Sequence record: SRR31156797_608
Strand: one strand, 5' to 3'
Length of the DNA stretch: 59,943 nt
Shown here piece after piece: positions 1 through 10,245 of this stretch (position 1 is its first letter; every line of letters starts with the position of its first letter). The notes below the pieces were generated by a model. It saw only the letters and a list, made by a program, of their open reading frames with translations. It was not told the DNA's origin and searched no databases. The position numbers and the translations under genes are program-made.

Positions 1-2079
1 GTCAGTACCACGACCAGCCATGTTTGTGGCAATAGTTACACCACCAGCTCTACCTGCTTCAGCTACAATATCTGCTTCCCGTTGGTGGAGTTTAGCATTA
101 AGTACGTTATGCTTAATTCCTTTCATCTTCAGCATTCGGCTAAGTATTTCAGAAACTTCAACCGAGGTAGTACCCACCAAACATGGTCGGCCTTGCTTAG
201 TTAATTCTACAACTTCTTCAATAACAGCAGCATATCGTTCACGCTTAGTACGATAAACTAAATCCTGTCGGTCATCTCTGATAATAGGTCTATTGGTTGG
301 GATAACAACCACATCAAGTTTGTAGATGTTCCACAATTCACCTGCTTCGGTTTCTGCAGTACCGGTCATACCACTTAGTTTGGTATACATTCGGAAGTAG
401 TTCTGCAAAGTAATAGTAGCAAATGTTTGTGTTGCAGCTTCAACTTTTACGCTTTCTTTAGCTTCAATGGCCTGGTGTAATCCATCACTATACCGGCGAC
501 CTTCCATAATACGTCCGGTTTGCTCATCAACAATTTTAACCTTGTTGTCCATTACCACATACTCCACATCTTTTTCAAACATGGCGTATGCTTTCAGCAA
601 TTGATTAATAGTATGTACACGTTCAGATTTTACAGCATAGTCCTGCAGTAATTGGTCTTTCTCCTTCAATAGCTTCTTCTCAGGTAGGTTTTGTTTTTCC
701 AGCTCGGCAATTTCACTACCAATATCCGGCAATACAAAGAATGATTGGTCTTCAACATCAGCTGATAGGAGGTCAATACCTTTATCTGTAAGCTCAATGC
801 TGTTATGTTTTTCGTCGATGATAAAATACAATTCATCAGTAACCTTATGCATGTTTTTCTGGTTCTCAGCCATGTAAACATTTTCTGTTTTCTGCATAAG
901 TGCTTTCATACCTTCCTCACTGAGGAATTTGATGATTGCTTTTGTTTTTGGTAAACCTTTAAATGCTCTTAATAGTAACAATCCTCCCTTAGTTGTATCA
1001 CCTGCTGCAATTAATTTTTTTGCTTCAGCAAATATCTCAGTTATAAGCTTTTTCTGTGCATTAAAAAGGCGTTGTACATTTGGACGATACTCCATAAACA
1101 TTTGGTCGTTGCTTTTTGGTACAGGACCGGAAATGATCAATGGCGTACGTGCATCATCAATTAATACGGAGTCAACCTCGTCGACTATGGAGTAGTTATG
1201 TTTGCGTTGTACAAGATCTTCAGGACGGTGAGCCATATTGTCACGCAGGTAATCAAAACCAAATTCATTGTTTGTTCCGAATGTAATGTCGCATTCATAG
1301 GCATCTCTGCGTTCGGAGCTATTTGGCTCATGTTTATCAATACAGTCTACAGATAAGCCATGGAATTCATAAATAGGTCCCATCCATTCAGCATCACGCT
1401 TGGCAAGGTAATCATTCACAGTAACTAAATGAACGCCTCTGCCAGTCAATGCATTAAGGAATACCGGGAGTGTTGCTACTAATGTTTTACCTTCACCGGT
1501 AGCCATCTCAGCAATTTTTCCCTGGTGAAGCACTATACCACCAATTAGCTGAACATCATAATGGATCATTTCCCATTTCATGGTATTTCCACCGGCAGTC
1601 CATGAATTGTAGTAAATAGCTTTGTCGCCTCTAATGTCAACCAAATCGCGACTAGTGGCTAAATTACGGTCAAAACCATTAGCGGTAACTTCAATTTCCT
1701 CGTTATCTGTAAAGCGCTGAGCTGTGCTTTTTACAATAGCAAAAGCTTTGGGTAGGATTTCATTGAGCGTTTCTTCCAGCTTCTCGTCAATTCTTTTCTC
1801 AATCTTGTCTATTTCATCGTAATATTCTTCTTTCTCAGTATGATCGCGCGTCTCATCTGCTTTTTTCTTCAGGGCATCAATTTGATCTTGCTCTTCTTTG
1901 ATTGCTTCACGGATGTGCTTTTTAAGGTCAGAAGATGCGCTTCTTAATTCATCATGACTAAGTTGCTTTATATTCTCGTATTCAGCTTTTATTTGTTCTA
2001 CAATCGGCATGATCTCTTTAATGTCGCGAGCTGCCTTGGTACCAAATAATTTGGTTATAAAACCGTCTACTAATCCCAT
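1..2079 (-). CDS. secA: Preprotein translocase subunit SecA (5' part; runs off the window edge)
   Basis: Not in the ORF track; translated by hand from ATG at 2079: [15 protein letters not shown]..., with SecA motifs [42 protein letters not shown] and [10 protein letters not shown] at the edge. Confidence 0.98.
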   Translation of the reverse strand, partial: MGLVDGFITKLFGTKAARDIKEIMPIVEQIKAEYENIKQLSHDELRSASSDLKKHIREAIKEEQDQIDALKKKADETRDHTEKEEYYDEIDKIEKRIDEKLEETLNEILPKAFAIVKSTAQRFTDNEEIEVTANGFDRNLATSRDLVDIRGDKAIYYNSWTAGGNTMKWEMIHYDVQLIGGIVLHQGKIAEMATGEGKTLVATLPVFLNALTGRGVHLVTVNDYLAKRDAEWMGPIYEFHGLSVDCIDKHEPNSSERRDAYECDITFGTNNEFGFDYLRDNMAHRPEDLVQRKHNYSIVDEVDSVLIDDARTPLIISGPVPKSNDQMFMEYRPNVQRLFNAQKKLITEIFAEAKKLIAAGDTTKGGLLLLRAFKGLPKTKAIIKFLSEEGMKALMQKTENVYMAENQKNMHKVTDELYFIIDEKHNSIELTDKGIDLLSADVEDQSFFVLPDIGSEIAELEKQNLPEKKLLKEKDQLLQDYAVKSERVHTINQLLKAYAMFEKDVEYVVMDNKVKIVDEQTGRIMEGRRYSDGLHQAIEAKESVKVEAATQTFATITLQNYFRMYTKLSGMTGTAETEAGELWNIYKLDVVVIPTNRPIIRDDRQDLVYRTKRERYAAVIEEVVELTKQGRPCLVGTTSVEVSEILSRMLKMKGIKHNVLNAKLHQREADIVAEAGRAGGVTIATNMAGRGTD

Positions 2080-2117
2080 TATTTAGATTTTTATGTATTT
2101 GTCTATTTTTGAACCCA

Positions 2118-2125
2118 CAAATTTA
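2118..2125 (-). promoter_or_regulatory. Bacteroidota sigma-A -7 element (TAAATTTG) for secA
   Basis: Matches TAnnTTTG about 40 bp upstream of the secA ATG. Confidence 0.55.
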
Positions 2126-2214
2126 ATCGAAAAATTCTGCTATCCCTAATTACAGGAAGGATAATAGTTAAAATTAAACGTTAAATTTTGAGAATTTAAT
2201 AGAATACTTAGCAA

Positions 2215-2991
2215 TCAATGAGCCAGCTTTTTTTCATATTCGCTTATAAGCAGCCGTAAAGAAGGATTATTAACATCAAATTTTTGCTGTTCAATTGATG
2301 AAATAGGAAGAATGCCAGGGGATGTACCTGTTAAAAAGGCTGCTTGAAAATTGACAATATCTTTAATATGAATTTTTGCTTCATTAAAATTCAAATTGAT
2401 TTCTTTGATGATATCTATGACAATATGTCTTGTGATACCTTCCAAAACCATATCAGCGGGTGGTGTAAAGATTTGATTATTACGAATGAAAAAAATATTT
2501 GATCGACTACCTTCGGAAATTTCACCATCCTGCTCATATATAGCTTCATAAATCCCATTTTCGTGGATGAAGTCACCAACAGATTGTCTGAGTTTTACCC
2601 GTTTTACTTTAGCATTAGGATTCTCTCTAAGGGCATTATAAAATAAACAAGGAACTCCATTTTTGTATTGTGAATCAGTAGGATAGAAGTGTGGGATATA
2701 TTTGACACACCAATTATCAAGGTGATTTACCGTAATCTCAATGTTACCTTTTTTTTGGTTGGATTTTTCAATTAGTAATGTAATGCCTTTAAATATCTTA
2801 TTGGCATCAGGAATTTGCATTTTTGTTAGCGCTGCAGACCTAATTAATCGATTAATATGAGCATCAAAAAATGCAGGTTTACCATTAACTATCCGCAACA
2901 CTTCATAAATGGAATGACCACTAATAATATGATTCTCCGATAATTTATCGGTAGTTTTTAATTCTCCATTTATAATGCAATAATCACTCAT
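2215..2991 (-). CDS. Class IV PLP-dependent aminotransferase (IlvE/PabC/D-Ala aminotransferase-like)
   Basis: YEVLR, HINRL, EGSRSNIFF, LEGITR and FLTGTS motifs. Confidence 0.85.
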   Translation of the reverse strand: MSDYCIINGELKTTDKLSENHIISGHSIYEVLRIVNGKPAFFDAHINRLIRSAALTKMQIPDANKIFKGITLLIEKSNQKKGNIEITVNHLDNWCVKYIPHFYPTDSQYKNGVPCLFYNALRENPNAKVKRVKLRQSVGDFIHENGIYEAIYEQDGEISEGSRSNIFFIRNNQIFTPPADMVLEGITRHIVIDIIKEINLNFNEAKIHIKDIVNFQAAFLTGTSPGILPISSIEQQKFDVNNPSLRLLISEYEKKLAH

Positions 2992-4318
2992 TGCTATCAG
3001 AAGGTTTTATTTCATCGATTAGTTTAATCATTTCTGATTTAGCAACAGCCAAATTAGAGTCCTTTTTATTACGCATAAACCATTTATGTTTAAGAGAATA
3101 CCAATGATTTAGCTGGAATATTTTTATGCTTAAAACTCCTGTAATTATAGTTGAGAAGAATATAATCATTGATAAACCTGGAGAATAAGATACAAATAAG
3201 AATATGAGTAAACCAATAAAAAATAACAGATATAATACTACAGATAAACCAAACCTTACTGAAGTTCTGAACTGTACATCTTTAATTTTTTTATTGGCTA
3301 GCCACAAAGGTAAATACCAAAACGGTCCGTAAATAATTAATCCCGGAAGCGCCAGCGGACTTAATATTAAACTCAGAATGAAGTAATAAATACTATTGAA
3401 TGAAGCTTTAGTGCCAATAATTTCATGAGGAATATCACTACAAGCATTTCTTAGCTTTTTAGCATGTTGAATGATAGTGTTCCACTTAACTGAATCCTCT
3501 TTTTCTAATTTGTTCAGTGCTTGAGCTGTTTCCTTCTGTACTTGATATCTTTTGTTTTGAATTTCAGTTGTGAATCCCGGCACTTTGCTTTCAGCATAAA
3601 CCTCAACAGCTAAAAGTGATTCTTCATAAAATTCTTCTGATTCGACATGTATAATGTGATCTTGAAGCTTTTCTGTAAGCTCTTTGGTTATATTGTTGAT
3701 AGCAATTTGTGGTTTTTCCTTGTAGCTTTCCAAATAGGGTTGAAGTGGAAACGGTTCGCCAAAAACAACTGTCAGTCGAGAGAAGAATTTATCGTAACTT
3801 GAATAATCAATTGCTGTGGGTACTATTTGTAAATCAACTTGTTCGTTTCCAGCTATTTCAGAAGCAAATGCGATACGAGCAAATCCTTTTTTTAATGTAC
3901 GTAACCTCTTGGCTCCAAAATGGTTTCCTTCAGGCAAAACAACTAAACCACGCTTATTATTGAGTACTCTAACAGTATGTTCAAATATTTCCTGATTATT
4001 TTTGAGTGTTTCATATCCATCTCTGATGCGATAAACTGGCAGGACTTTCAAAAAATATAGGATAGAAGCTATTGATTTTTTCTTAAAAATATCGCTGCGT
4101 GCAAGGAATACTAATGGTTCATTTTTAGCAAATAAAATGGCCATTGCATCCATCAAAGCATTTTGATGGTTTGGAGTTATAATATTAGGCTTTTCCTTGT
4201 CTTTTTTAGGCCTGTTGATGGTGTAAACTTCTCTGTAGAATAGATTATGCAATCCCATTGCATATTTATATAAAACCCAGTAAGGCATTGTGTACTTTTC
4301 AATATTTTTCTTCCCCAT
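2984..4318 (-). CDS. PlsC-family glycerolipid acyltransferase with C-terminal membrane domain
   Basis: NHQNALMD (HX4D), FLARSDIF and LPEG motifs; C-terminal hydrophobic helices. Confidence 0.85.
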   Translation of the reverse strand: MGKKNIEKYTMPYWVLYKYAMGLHNLFYREVYTINRPKKDKEKPNIITPNHQNALMDAMAILFAKNEPLVFLARSDIFKKKSIASILYFLKVLPVYRIRDGYETLKNNQEIFEHTVRVLNNKRGLVVLPEGNHFGAKRLRTLKKGFARIAFASEIAGNEQVDLQIVPTAIDYSSYDKFFSRLTVVFGEPFPLQPYLESYKEKPQIAINNITKELTEKLQDHIIHVESEEFYEESLLAVEVYAESKVPGFTTEIQNKRYQVQKETAQALNKLEKEDSVKWNTIIQHAKKLRNACSDIPHEIIGTKASFNSIYYFILSLILSPLALPGLIIYGPFWYLPLWLANKKIKDVQFRTSVRFGLSVVLYLLFFIGLLIFLFVSYSPGLSMIIFFSTIITGVLSIKIFQLNHWYSLKHKWFMRNKKDSNLAVAKSEMIKLIDEIKPSDSNE

Positions 4319-4373
4319 AATTTGTAAAATTAAGCGTACAAATAAGTCTAAAAAAATTTATAAAATCAAATTA

Positions 4374-5321
4374 TTATCCCAGAACCGGTTTTCTCCGCCA
4401 CCAACTGGCTAATGTTAAGCCGGCTATGATGTGCCAGATTCCCCACCACGCAGCAATATATGCCATGGCACCTACTTCTAGTTCAGGTGGAAATATTTTT
4501 GGATTAAATATCAAAACAAGAGCTAATCCGGAGTTTTGGATGCCTGTTTCTATGGATATTGTTCTATGGTTAATTGGGGCGAGTTTCATAATTCGGGCAA
4601 AATAGAAACCCAGCAGTAATGCCAACATGTTGTGAAAGAATACAATAACGGTAACCCATTTAAAATGTGTTATAAAATGAGTAAAGTTATTTGAGAATGC
4701 AACCACTATAAAACCAATAAATGCAATGATGGAGAAAATTTTAATGGGTTTAATGATCTTTTGAGTGAAATTTGGAAAATGTTTTGAAAAAAGTATTCCA
4801 ACAATTAGAGGGATACCTAATATAATGAACACTGTAATAAACATTTGCACTGGATCAATACTCAATGGTCTTACCAATTCTGAATGCTTTTGCGCAAAGT
4901 TAATGTAAAGATTTCCATAGAATGAAAAGTTGAAAGGAGTGAGCAAAATGGCACCCAGACTTGATATTCCGGTGAGGCTAACAGACAAAGCAGTATTTCC
5001 TTTGGCAAAATGTGAAATGAAGTTTGAAATATTTCCTCCCGGACATGAAGCTACCATAATCATTCCCAAAGCAACGCCAACCGTTATGAAATCACTCACC
5101 AAAACCGCAAAACCAAATGTTAGGAGTGGGAGTAATACAAATTGGGAAATTACACCAATGATAGCACTTTTGGGATTGTTTAGGATTTTCTTAAACTGAC
5201 GGGGATCTATTTCTAGTGCAATTCCAAACATGATGAATGCCAAAACGAGATTTAAAATGAATAAACCTCCGCTATCAAAGTTCAATTGCAGTTTGTCTAA
5301 TAAAAGTAAATCTTCACGCAT
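4374..5321 (-). CDS. Bile acid:sodium symporter (BASS) family transporter
   Basis: CPGGNISN and SIETGIQN motifs; multiple TM helices. Confidence 0.9.
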   Translation of the reverse strand: MREDLLLLDKLQLNFDSGGLFILNLVLAFIMFGIALEIDPRQFKKILNNPKSAIIGVISQFVLLPLLTFGFAVLVSDFITVGVALGMIMVASCPGGNISNFISHFAKGNTALSVSLTGISSLGAILLTPFNFSFYGNLYINFAQKHSELVRPLSIDPVQMFITVFIILGIPLIVGILFSKHFPNFTQKIIKPIKIFSIIAFIGFIVVAFSNNFTHFITHFKWVTVIVFFHNMLALLLGFYFARIMKLAPINHRTISIETGIQNSGLALVLIFNPKIFPPELEVGAMAYIAAWWGIWHIIAGLTLASWWRRKPVLG

Positions 5322-5323
5322 AA

Positions 5324-6607
5324 TTACACCTCCCCGTATAAGTCAAATGCCTCTGCATCAGTTATGTTGACATTATAAAAGTTGCCAATAGACAAAGCCT
5401 TTTTTGAAGAAATAATAACTTCGCCATCCACATCAGGTGAGTCATATTCTGTTCTTCCGAAATAGAAATCATCTTCCTTTCTATCAATGATCACTTTATA
5501 GGATTGTCCAATTTTTTGCTGATTATTATGATATGAAATATCGTGTTGTATTTCCATTAATTCATCGAGTCTATCTTGTTTGGTTTGTTCTTCAACATTG
5601 TCATTTAAATGCTCGTAGGCATATGTGTAAGCTTCATGAGAGTATGGGAATGCCCCCATTTTCTCAAATTTAAACTCTTGAATATATTTTTTTAATTCTT
5701 CAAAATGCGAATCCGTTTCACCGGGAAAACCAACAATCAAAGTAGTTCTGATCTCTACATCTTTAACTTTCGCACGAATATCATTTAATATTTGTTTGGT
5801 AGTGTTGCCATTATGTCCTCTACGCATTCCTTTCAGAATATCATCTGATATATGCTGCATGGGGATATCAATGTAGTTACATACTTTTGGATTTCGATTC
5901 ATTTCTTCAAATAAATCATCAGGAATACCCACAGGATAGGCATAATGTAAGCGAATCCATTCAATACCTTCTATTTCAGAAATGCTTTTAATCAACTGAG
6001 TAAGTGTTGGCTTTTGCTCTAAATCCTGCCCATACCATGTTAAATCCTGTGCTATGAGAATGAGCTCCTTAACGCCGTTTTTAGCTAAAAACTGAGCTTC
6101 TTTGATCAATTCTTTGGGTTCAAATGATTTATAATCACCTGTAATTTTGGGAATTGAGCAGAATGCACATTTTCTATGGCATCCTTCTGATATTTTTAAA
6201 TATGCATAATGCTTTGGTGTAGAAAGAATACGCTCATGAGAGATGTCATATTTTAATTGTCCGTTAAGCGCTTCAATAATAGCATTGGCGTCATATTTTC
6301 CAAACCATGCATTTACTTCAGGGATTTCTTTCTTAAGTTCTTTTGCAAACAACTCTGTTAAACAGCCAAAAACGCCCAAAAAAGCATCCGGATTGTCTTT
6401 ATTTTGTTCTGCAATTTCCAGAATGGTTTCAATAGATTCTTGCTGAGCATCGTGAATGAATCCGCAAGTATTTACCAGGGTAATAGGATAGGGCTTAGTT
6501 TGGTCATAAGCTATTTGATAACCATTAGCTTCCAATTGGCGGGCAAGGTGTTCGCTATCCACAAGATTCTTGGAACACCCTAAATTTATGATGTTTATTG
6601 TATTCAA
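5324..6607 (-). CDS. rimO: Ribosomal protein S12 methylthiotransferase RimO (TTG start)
   Basis: LGCSKNLVDSE, NTCGFI, radical SAM CHRKCAFC, C-terminal TRAM region (SPDVDG). Confidence 0.96.
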   Translation of the reverse strand: MNTINIINLGCSKNLVDSEHLARQLEANGYQIAYDQTKPYPITLVNTCGFIHDAQQESIETILEIAEQNKDNPDAFLGVFGCLTELFAKELKKEIPEVNAWFGKYDANAIIEALNGQLKYDISHERILSTPKHYAYLKISEGCHRKCAFCSIPKITGDYKSFEPKELIKEAQFLAKNGVKELILIAQDLTWYGQDLEQKPTLTQLIKSISEIEGIEWIRLHYAYPVGIPDDLFEEMNRNPKVCNYIDIPMQHISDDILKGMRRGHNGNTTKQILNDIRAKVKDVEIRTTLIVGFPGETDSHFEELKKYIQEFKFEKMGAFPYSHEAYTYAYEHLNDNVEEQTKQDRLDELMEIQHDISYHNNQQKIGQSYKVIIDRKEDDFYFGRTEYDSPDVDGEVIISSKKALSIGNFYNVNITDAEAFDLYGEV

Positions 6608-6653
6608 TTTCCTGTAAGTTAAGGAGTTTATTCGGAAAAATAACGATCAGAAA

Positions 6654-7598
6654 CTATTCGTTGAATAAAGAATCTACAAATTCAACTTTATTGAATATTT
6701 GTAAGTCCTCTATTTTCTCACCTATACCAATGTATTTCACAGGAATTTGTAATTGATCTGAAATACCAATTACAACGCCACCTTTAGCAGTTCCATCGAG
6801 TTTTGTAATGGCCATAGAAGTGATTTCTGTAGCTTTGGTGAATTGTTTAGCTTGCTCAAACGCATTTTGTCCGGTTGAGCCATCAAGGATGAGTAATACC
6901 TCGTGAGGAGCATCTGGAATAACCTTTTGCATCACTCGCTTTATTTTAGTTAACTCATTCATTAGGTTAACTTTATTATGCAACCGGCCTGCAGTATCAA
7001 TAATTACAACATCAGCATCTTTACTTTTAGCTGAGGCAACTGTATCGTACGCTACAGAAGCGGGATCTGATCCCATTTTTTGTTTAATAAGAGGTACATC
7101 AACCCGTTGGCTCCATATCTCGAGTTGGTCAATTGCAGCCGCACGGAAAGTATCAGCAGCACCTATAATTACACTCTTACCACTTTGTTTATATTTATGT
7201 GCAATTTTACCGATGGTTGTAGTTTTTCCAACACCGTTAACACCTACAACCATTATAACGTATGGTTTTTTATGCTCGGGGATATCCCATGTTGAAGCCT
7301 CGCCGCTGCCGGTTTCGGTAAGAAGAGCAGTAATTTCATCTCTTAAAATGATATTAAGTTCTGAAGTACTTGTGTATTTATCTTTTGAAACTCTTTGTTC
7401 TATTCTTTGTATGATTTTAATAGTCGTGTTTACACCAACATCTGAGGCAATCAATACTTCTTCCAACTCATCTAATACTTCATCATCCACTTTTGACTTA
7501 CCTACAACAGCTCTGGTTAGCTTTTGGAAGACGCTTTGTTTGGTTTTAGAAAGACCTTTATCAAGGTTTTGCTTTTTATCTTTAGAAAATATTCCCAT
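6654..7598 (-). CDS. ftsY: Signal recognition particle receptor FtsY
   Basis: GVNGVGKTTTIGK, DTFRAAA, DTAGRLH and TKLDGTAKGG motifs. Confidence 0.98.
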   Translation of the reverse strand: MGIFSKDKKQNLDKGLSKTKQSVFQKLTRAVVGKSKVDDEVLDELEEVLIASDVGVNTTIKIIQRIEQRVSKDKYTSTSELNIILRDEITALLTETGSGEASTWDIPEHKKPYVIMVVGVNGVGKTTTIGKIAHKYKQSGKSVIIGAADTFRAAAIDQLEIWSQRVDVPLIKQKMGSDPASVAYDTVASAKSKDADVVIIDTAGRLHNKVNLMNELTKIKRVMQKVIPDAPHEVLLILDGSTGQNAFEQAKQFTKATEITSMAITKLDGTAKGGVVIGISDQLQIPVKYIGIGEKIEDLQIFNKVEFVDSLFNE

Positions 7599-7640
7599 CG
7601 TTATAAATTTAAGCTGTGCAATTTAGCAATATTTTAACAT

Positions 7641-7674
7641 AAAAAAAAGGTCTGCACGTACTGTGAGACCTTTT
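7641..7674 (-). terminator. Intrinsic terminator after rpmB-rpmG-DUF4295
   Basis: AAAAGGTC...GACCTTTT stem with an A8 tract (U tract on the minus strand). Confidence 0.7.
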
Positions 7675-7694
7675 ATTGAATATCTTAATTGGCA

Positions 7695-7850
7695 CTATTT
7701 CTTAGCGAAGAAATCTTTTACGTGCTCATTATTTACAATACCTTCTTTAAATTGATATGCACCTGTTTTAGGTGATTTTACCATTTTAATTACTTTGGCG
7801 AATTCTTTACCTGAACCTGTTTTTAAGGTTGCTACTACTTTCTTTGCCAT
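7695..7850 (-). CDS. DUF4295 family small protein (51 aa)
   Basis: Below the ORF-track cutoff; MAKKVVATLKTGSGKEFAKVIKMVKSPKTGAYQFKE...; typical Bacteroidota position between rpmG and ftsY. Confidence 0.9.
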   Translation of the reverse strand: MAKKVVATLKTGSGKEFAKVIKMVKSPKTGAYQFKEGIVNNEHVKDFFAKK

Positions 7851-7857
7851 ATCTTAA

Positions 7858-8043
7858 TTATTTTATTTCGCGGTGAAGCGTTACTTTTTTAAGAATTGGA
7901 TTGTATTTTTTCAATTCAATTCTGTTCGGTGAATTTTTTCTATTCTTAGTGGTGATATAACGAGAAGTACCCGGTTGTCCACTTTCTTTATGCTCTGTGC
8001 ATTCTAGAATTACCTGAACGCGATTTCCTTTCTTCTTTGCCAT
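7858..8043 (-). CDS. rpmG: 50S ribosomal protein L33
   Basis: [10 protein letters not shown]...[10 protein letters not shown]...ELKKYNP...HREIK. Confidence 0.97.
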   Translation of the reverse strand: MAKKKGNRVQVILECTEHKESGQPGTSRYITTKNRKNSPNRIELKKYNPILKKVTLHREIK

Positions 8044-8059
8044 GACTAAACTCTCTCAA

Positions 8060-8302
8060 TTAAAATTTTGTAATGAATCCTTTTTCTTTAGCTTCTTTTA
8101 AGGCTACAGAAAGTCCTTTTTTGTTGATAATACGCAATCCATTCGCTGATACGCGTAATGTAACCCATCTCTCTTCTTCAGGATGATAGAAGCGTTTCTT
8201 CAATAAGTTGGGATAAAACCTTCTTTTAGTCTTTTTGTTAGAGTGAGACACGTGGTTCCCAACCATTGGTCTTTTTCCTGTAATCTGACAAACTCTCGAC
8301 AT
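8060..8302 (-). CDS. rpmB: 50S ribosomal protein L28 (start reassigned to ATG at 8302)
   Basis: [33 protein letters not shown]. Confidence 0.97.
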   Translation of the reverse strand: MSRVCQITGKRPMVGNHVSHSNKKTKRRFYPNLLKKRFYHPEEERWVTLRVSANGLRIINKKGLSVALKEAKEKGFITKF

Positions 8303-8412
8303 CGTTCTATAATTTTTTTGTATTCTTTTCTTAAATCGGAGTGCAAATGTCAGGATAATAAATGAATAAATCAAATATTTTATTAAAAAATCACAGGAAA
8401 ATTTAAAAAAAC

Positions 8413-9666
8413 TTAATTCTTAATTTGATTTTTAATCAATTTGATCAATTCGTACATGGCTACAGTGGCTGAACGCTCCATAATTATGGTGCGATTATGG
8501 GTGAAAAGAAAGTGTCTTGTATGTACTTCGCCATTGATGTAAATTCCTACCCAAACTGTGCCAATTGGCTTATCTTCAGTTCCTCCGGTAGGACCGGCTA
8601 TACCAGTTGTGGAAATAGCCAAATTAGTATTAAAAAGCTCAGCAGTGTTTTTAGCCATTTCTGCTGCAGTTTCTTTGCTAACAGCACCAAATTTATCAAT
8701 TGTTGCTTTATTCACATTTAATAAATTGATTTTGGCTTCATTGCTGTAAGCGGTTATTCCACCATAAAAATATTCTGATGCCCCAGCAACGGAAACGATT
8801 CTTTGAGCAAGTAGACCACCAGTGCAGCTTTCTGCAACAGAAACTTTTAGATTATTATTAATCAATACTTTACTTAGTGTATGCTCTACCTTTTCTTTAC
8901 CTTCTGCTACAATGCTGTTTCCCAGAACTGTATATAGCTTGGCCGCTTGTTCATTTATAATATCCTGGTGATTGGTTTGACTTGATAAACGCAAACGTAT
9001 TACTCCTGGAGAAGGTAAATAGGCCAGATCAATTGTCTTTGGAAGCTCATCTTCCCATGTTTTTAATTTATGAGCTAATTCACTTTCCGGATATCCAATT
9101 ACATGTAAAGTACGATAACTATTATTTTTTAAATCAAAGCGTTTATTAAGCTCAGGAATGATCTTTTTTTCAAAAATATGTTTCATTTCGAAAGGAACAC
9201 CGGGCATAGATATGATAATCGTGCTGTTTTTTTCAAAAAGTTGTACAGGAGCTGTTCCAATGGGATTACGTATAACATGACTGACATTGGAAACTAATGC
9301 TTGTGCACGATTATTATCTGATAATTGAAGAAAACCACGTCTTTTAATAATGAACTGCTTAATATCATTGAGTACTTCATCATTCATAATCATGGTTCCA
9401 CCAAAATAATCATTTAACGCTTCCTTAGTGCGATCATCATTGGTAGGTCCAAGACCTCCAGTAATTAATATTATATTATTTTCCGGAATTAGTTCATCAA
9501 GGGTAGTCTTTAATTGTGCGGGCTGGTCGCTTATACTTCGTATTTCAGTGGTTTTAATTCCAATATGGAATAGTTTATCTGCCAACCACGCAGAGTTGCT
9601 ATCAATAATTTGCCCGATTAGAATTTCATCACCAATTGTAATGATTGAAGCTTTATATGGGTTCAT
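8413..9666 (-). CDS. cinA: CinA family NMN deamidase-related protein (MoCF domain plus PncC domain)
   Basis: [34 protein letters not shown] and [11 protein letters not shown] motifs. Confidence 0.93.
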   Translation of the reverse strand: MNPYKASIITIGDEILIGQIIDSNSAWLADKLFHIGIKTTEIRSISDQPAQLKTTLDELIPENNIILITGGLGPTNDDRTKEALNDYFGGTMIMNDEVLNDIKQFIIKRRGFLQLSDNNRAQALVSNVSHVIRNPIGTAPVQLFEKNSTIIISMPGVPFEMKHIFEKKIIPELNKRFDLKNNSYRTLHVIGYPESELAHKLKTWEDELPKTIDLAYLPSPGVIRLRLSSQTNHQDIINEQAAKLYTVLGNSIVAEGKEKVEHTLSKVLINNNLKVSVAESCTGGLLAQRIVSVAGASEYFYGGITAYSNEAKINLLNVNKATIDKFGAVSKETAAEMAKNTAELFNTNLAISTTGIAGPTGGTEDKPIGTVWVGIYINGEVHTRHFLFTHNRTIIMERSATVAMYELIKLIKNQIKN

Positions 9667-10245
9667 TTATCTTTTAAGCTTTAATATTCTACGTTTAAAA
9701 CTTGAGGGTTGGTTTATAGGAAATACGCCATATTGCACTTTCCTTAAATCTTCAACAGTATAAAAGGCATGAGGGTTATTATTTTGAATAATGTCTTGCG
9801 CCTCCTGTAACTGCCTCCTTTTAAGTATGATATATATTACATTTACTTTTGAAAACTTGCCTTTTGCTTCTATCTCAGTAACACCATATCCTTTTGAATA
9901 CAATGTATTGGTCAATTCCGAAGTGTCATTTTGAGTTATTACCCTAATTACTAAGGTTCCCATTGCAAGTTTTTCTTCAATGAGCAGTCCTATATAATTA
10001 CCCGTGGCAAAACCTCCGGCGTAAGCAATATAGCAGACCCAATTATTGAGATTTTGCATAATTTCACCAATGGCTAATATCCATACTAAAACTTCAAAAA
10101 AGCCAAGGAGAGGGGCAATTAATTTATTTCCACGGGCAACTACAATTATCCTTATTGTTCCTATACTTACATCAACTATGCGAGCAAGGAATATTAATAA
10201 AGGTAAAATAACATAGCTATACCAGTCAAAACTAATATCCTGCAT
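9667..10245 (-). CDS. DUF2179 / UPF0316 (YebE-like) membrane protein
   Basis: ARIVDVSIGTIR, GFFEVLVW and AGGFATGNYIG motifs; start placed at MQDISF (10245). Confidence 0.8.
   Translation of the reverse strand: MQDISFDWYSYVILPLLIFLARIVDVSIGTIRIIVVARGNKLIAPLLGFFEVLVWILAIGEIMQNLNNWVCYIAYAGGFATGNYIGLLIEEKLAMGTLVIRVITQNDTSELTNTLYSKGYGVTEIEAKGKFSKVNVIYIILKRRQLQEAQDIIQNNNPHAFYTVEDLRKVQYGVFPINQPSSFKRRILKLKR

Noticed and set aside
20-1195. Short ORFs 20-256, 666-881 and 929-1195
   Set aside because: Antisense or out-of-frame shadows of secA
7632-7642. XerD-arm-like sequence (TTATGTTAAAA on the minus strand); similar partial matches at 17122-17132 and 26691-26701
   Set aside because: No XerC arm at 6-bp spacing; the first two abut terminators; likely chance AT-rich matches
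8303-8374. N-terminal extensions in the ORF track (rpmB; also gyrA 34120-34149, clpC 34208-34282, kinase 42073-42120, TlpA 42044-42097)
   Set aside because: Longest-ORF artefacts; conserved N-termini or signal peptides begin at downstream ATGs, and the extensions cover promoter DNA or overlap each other
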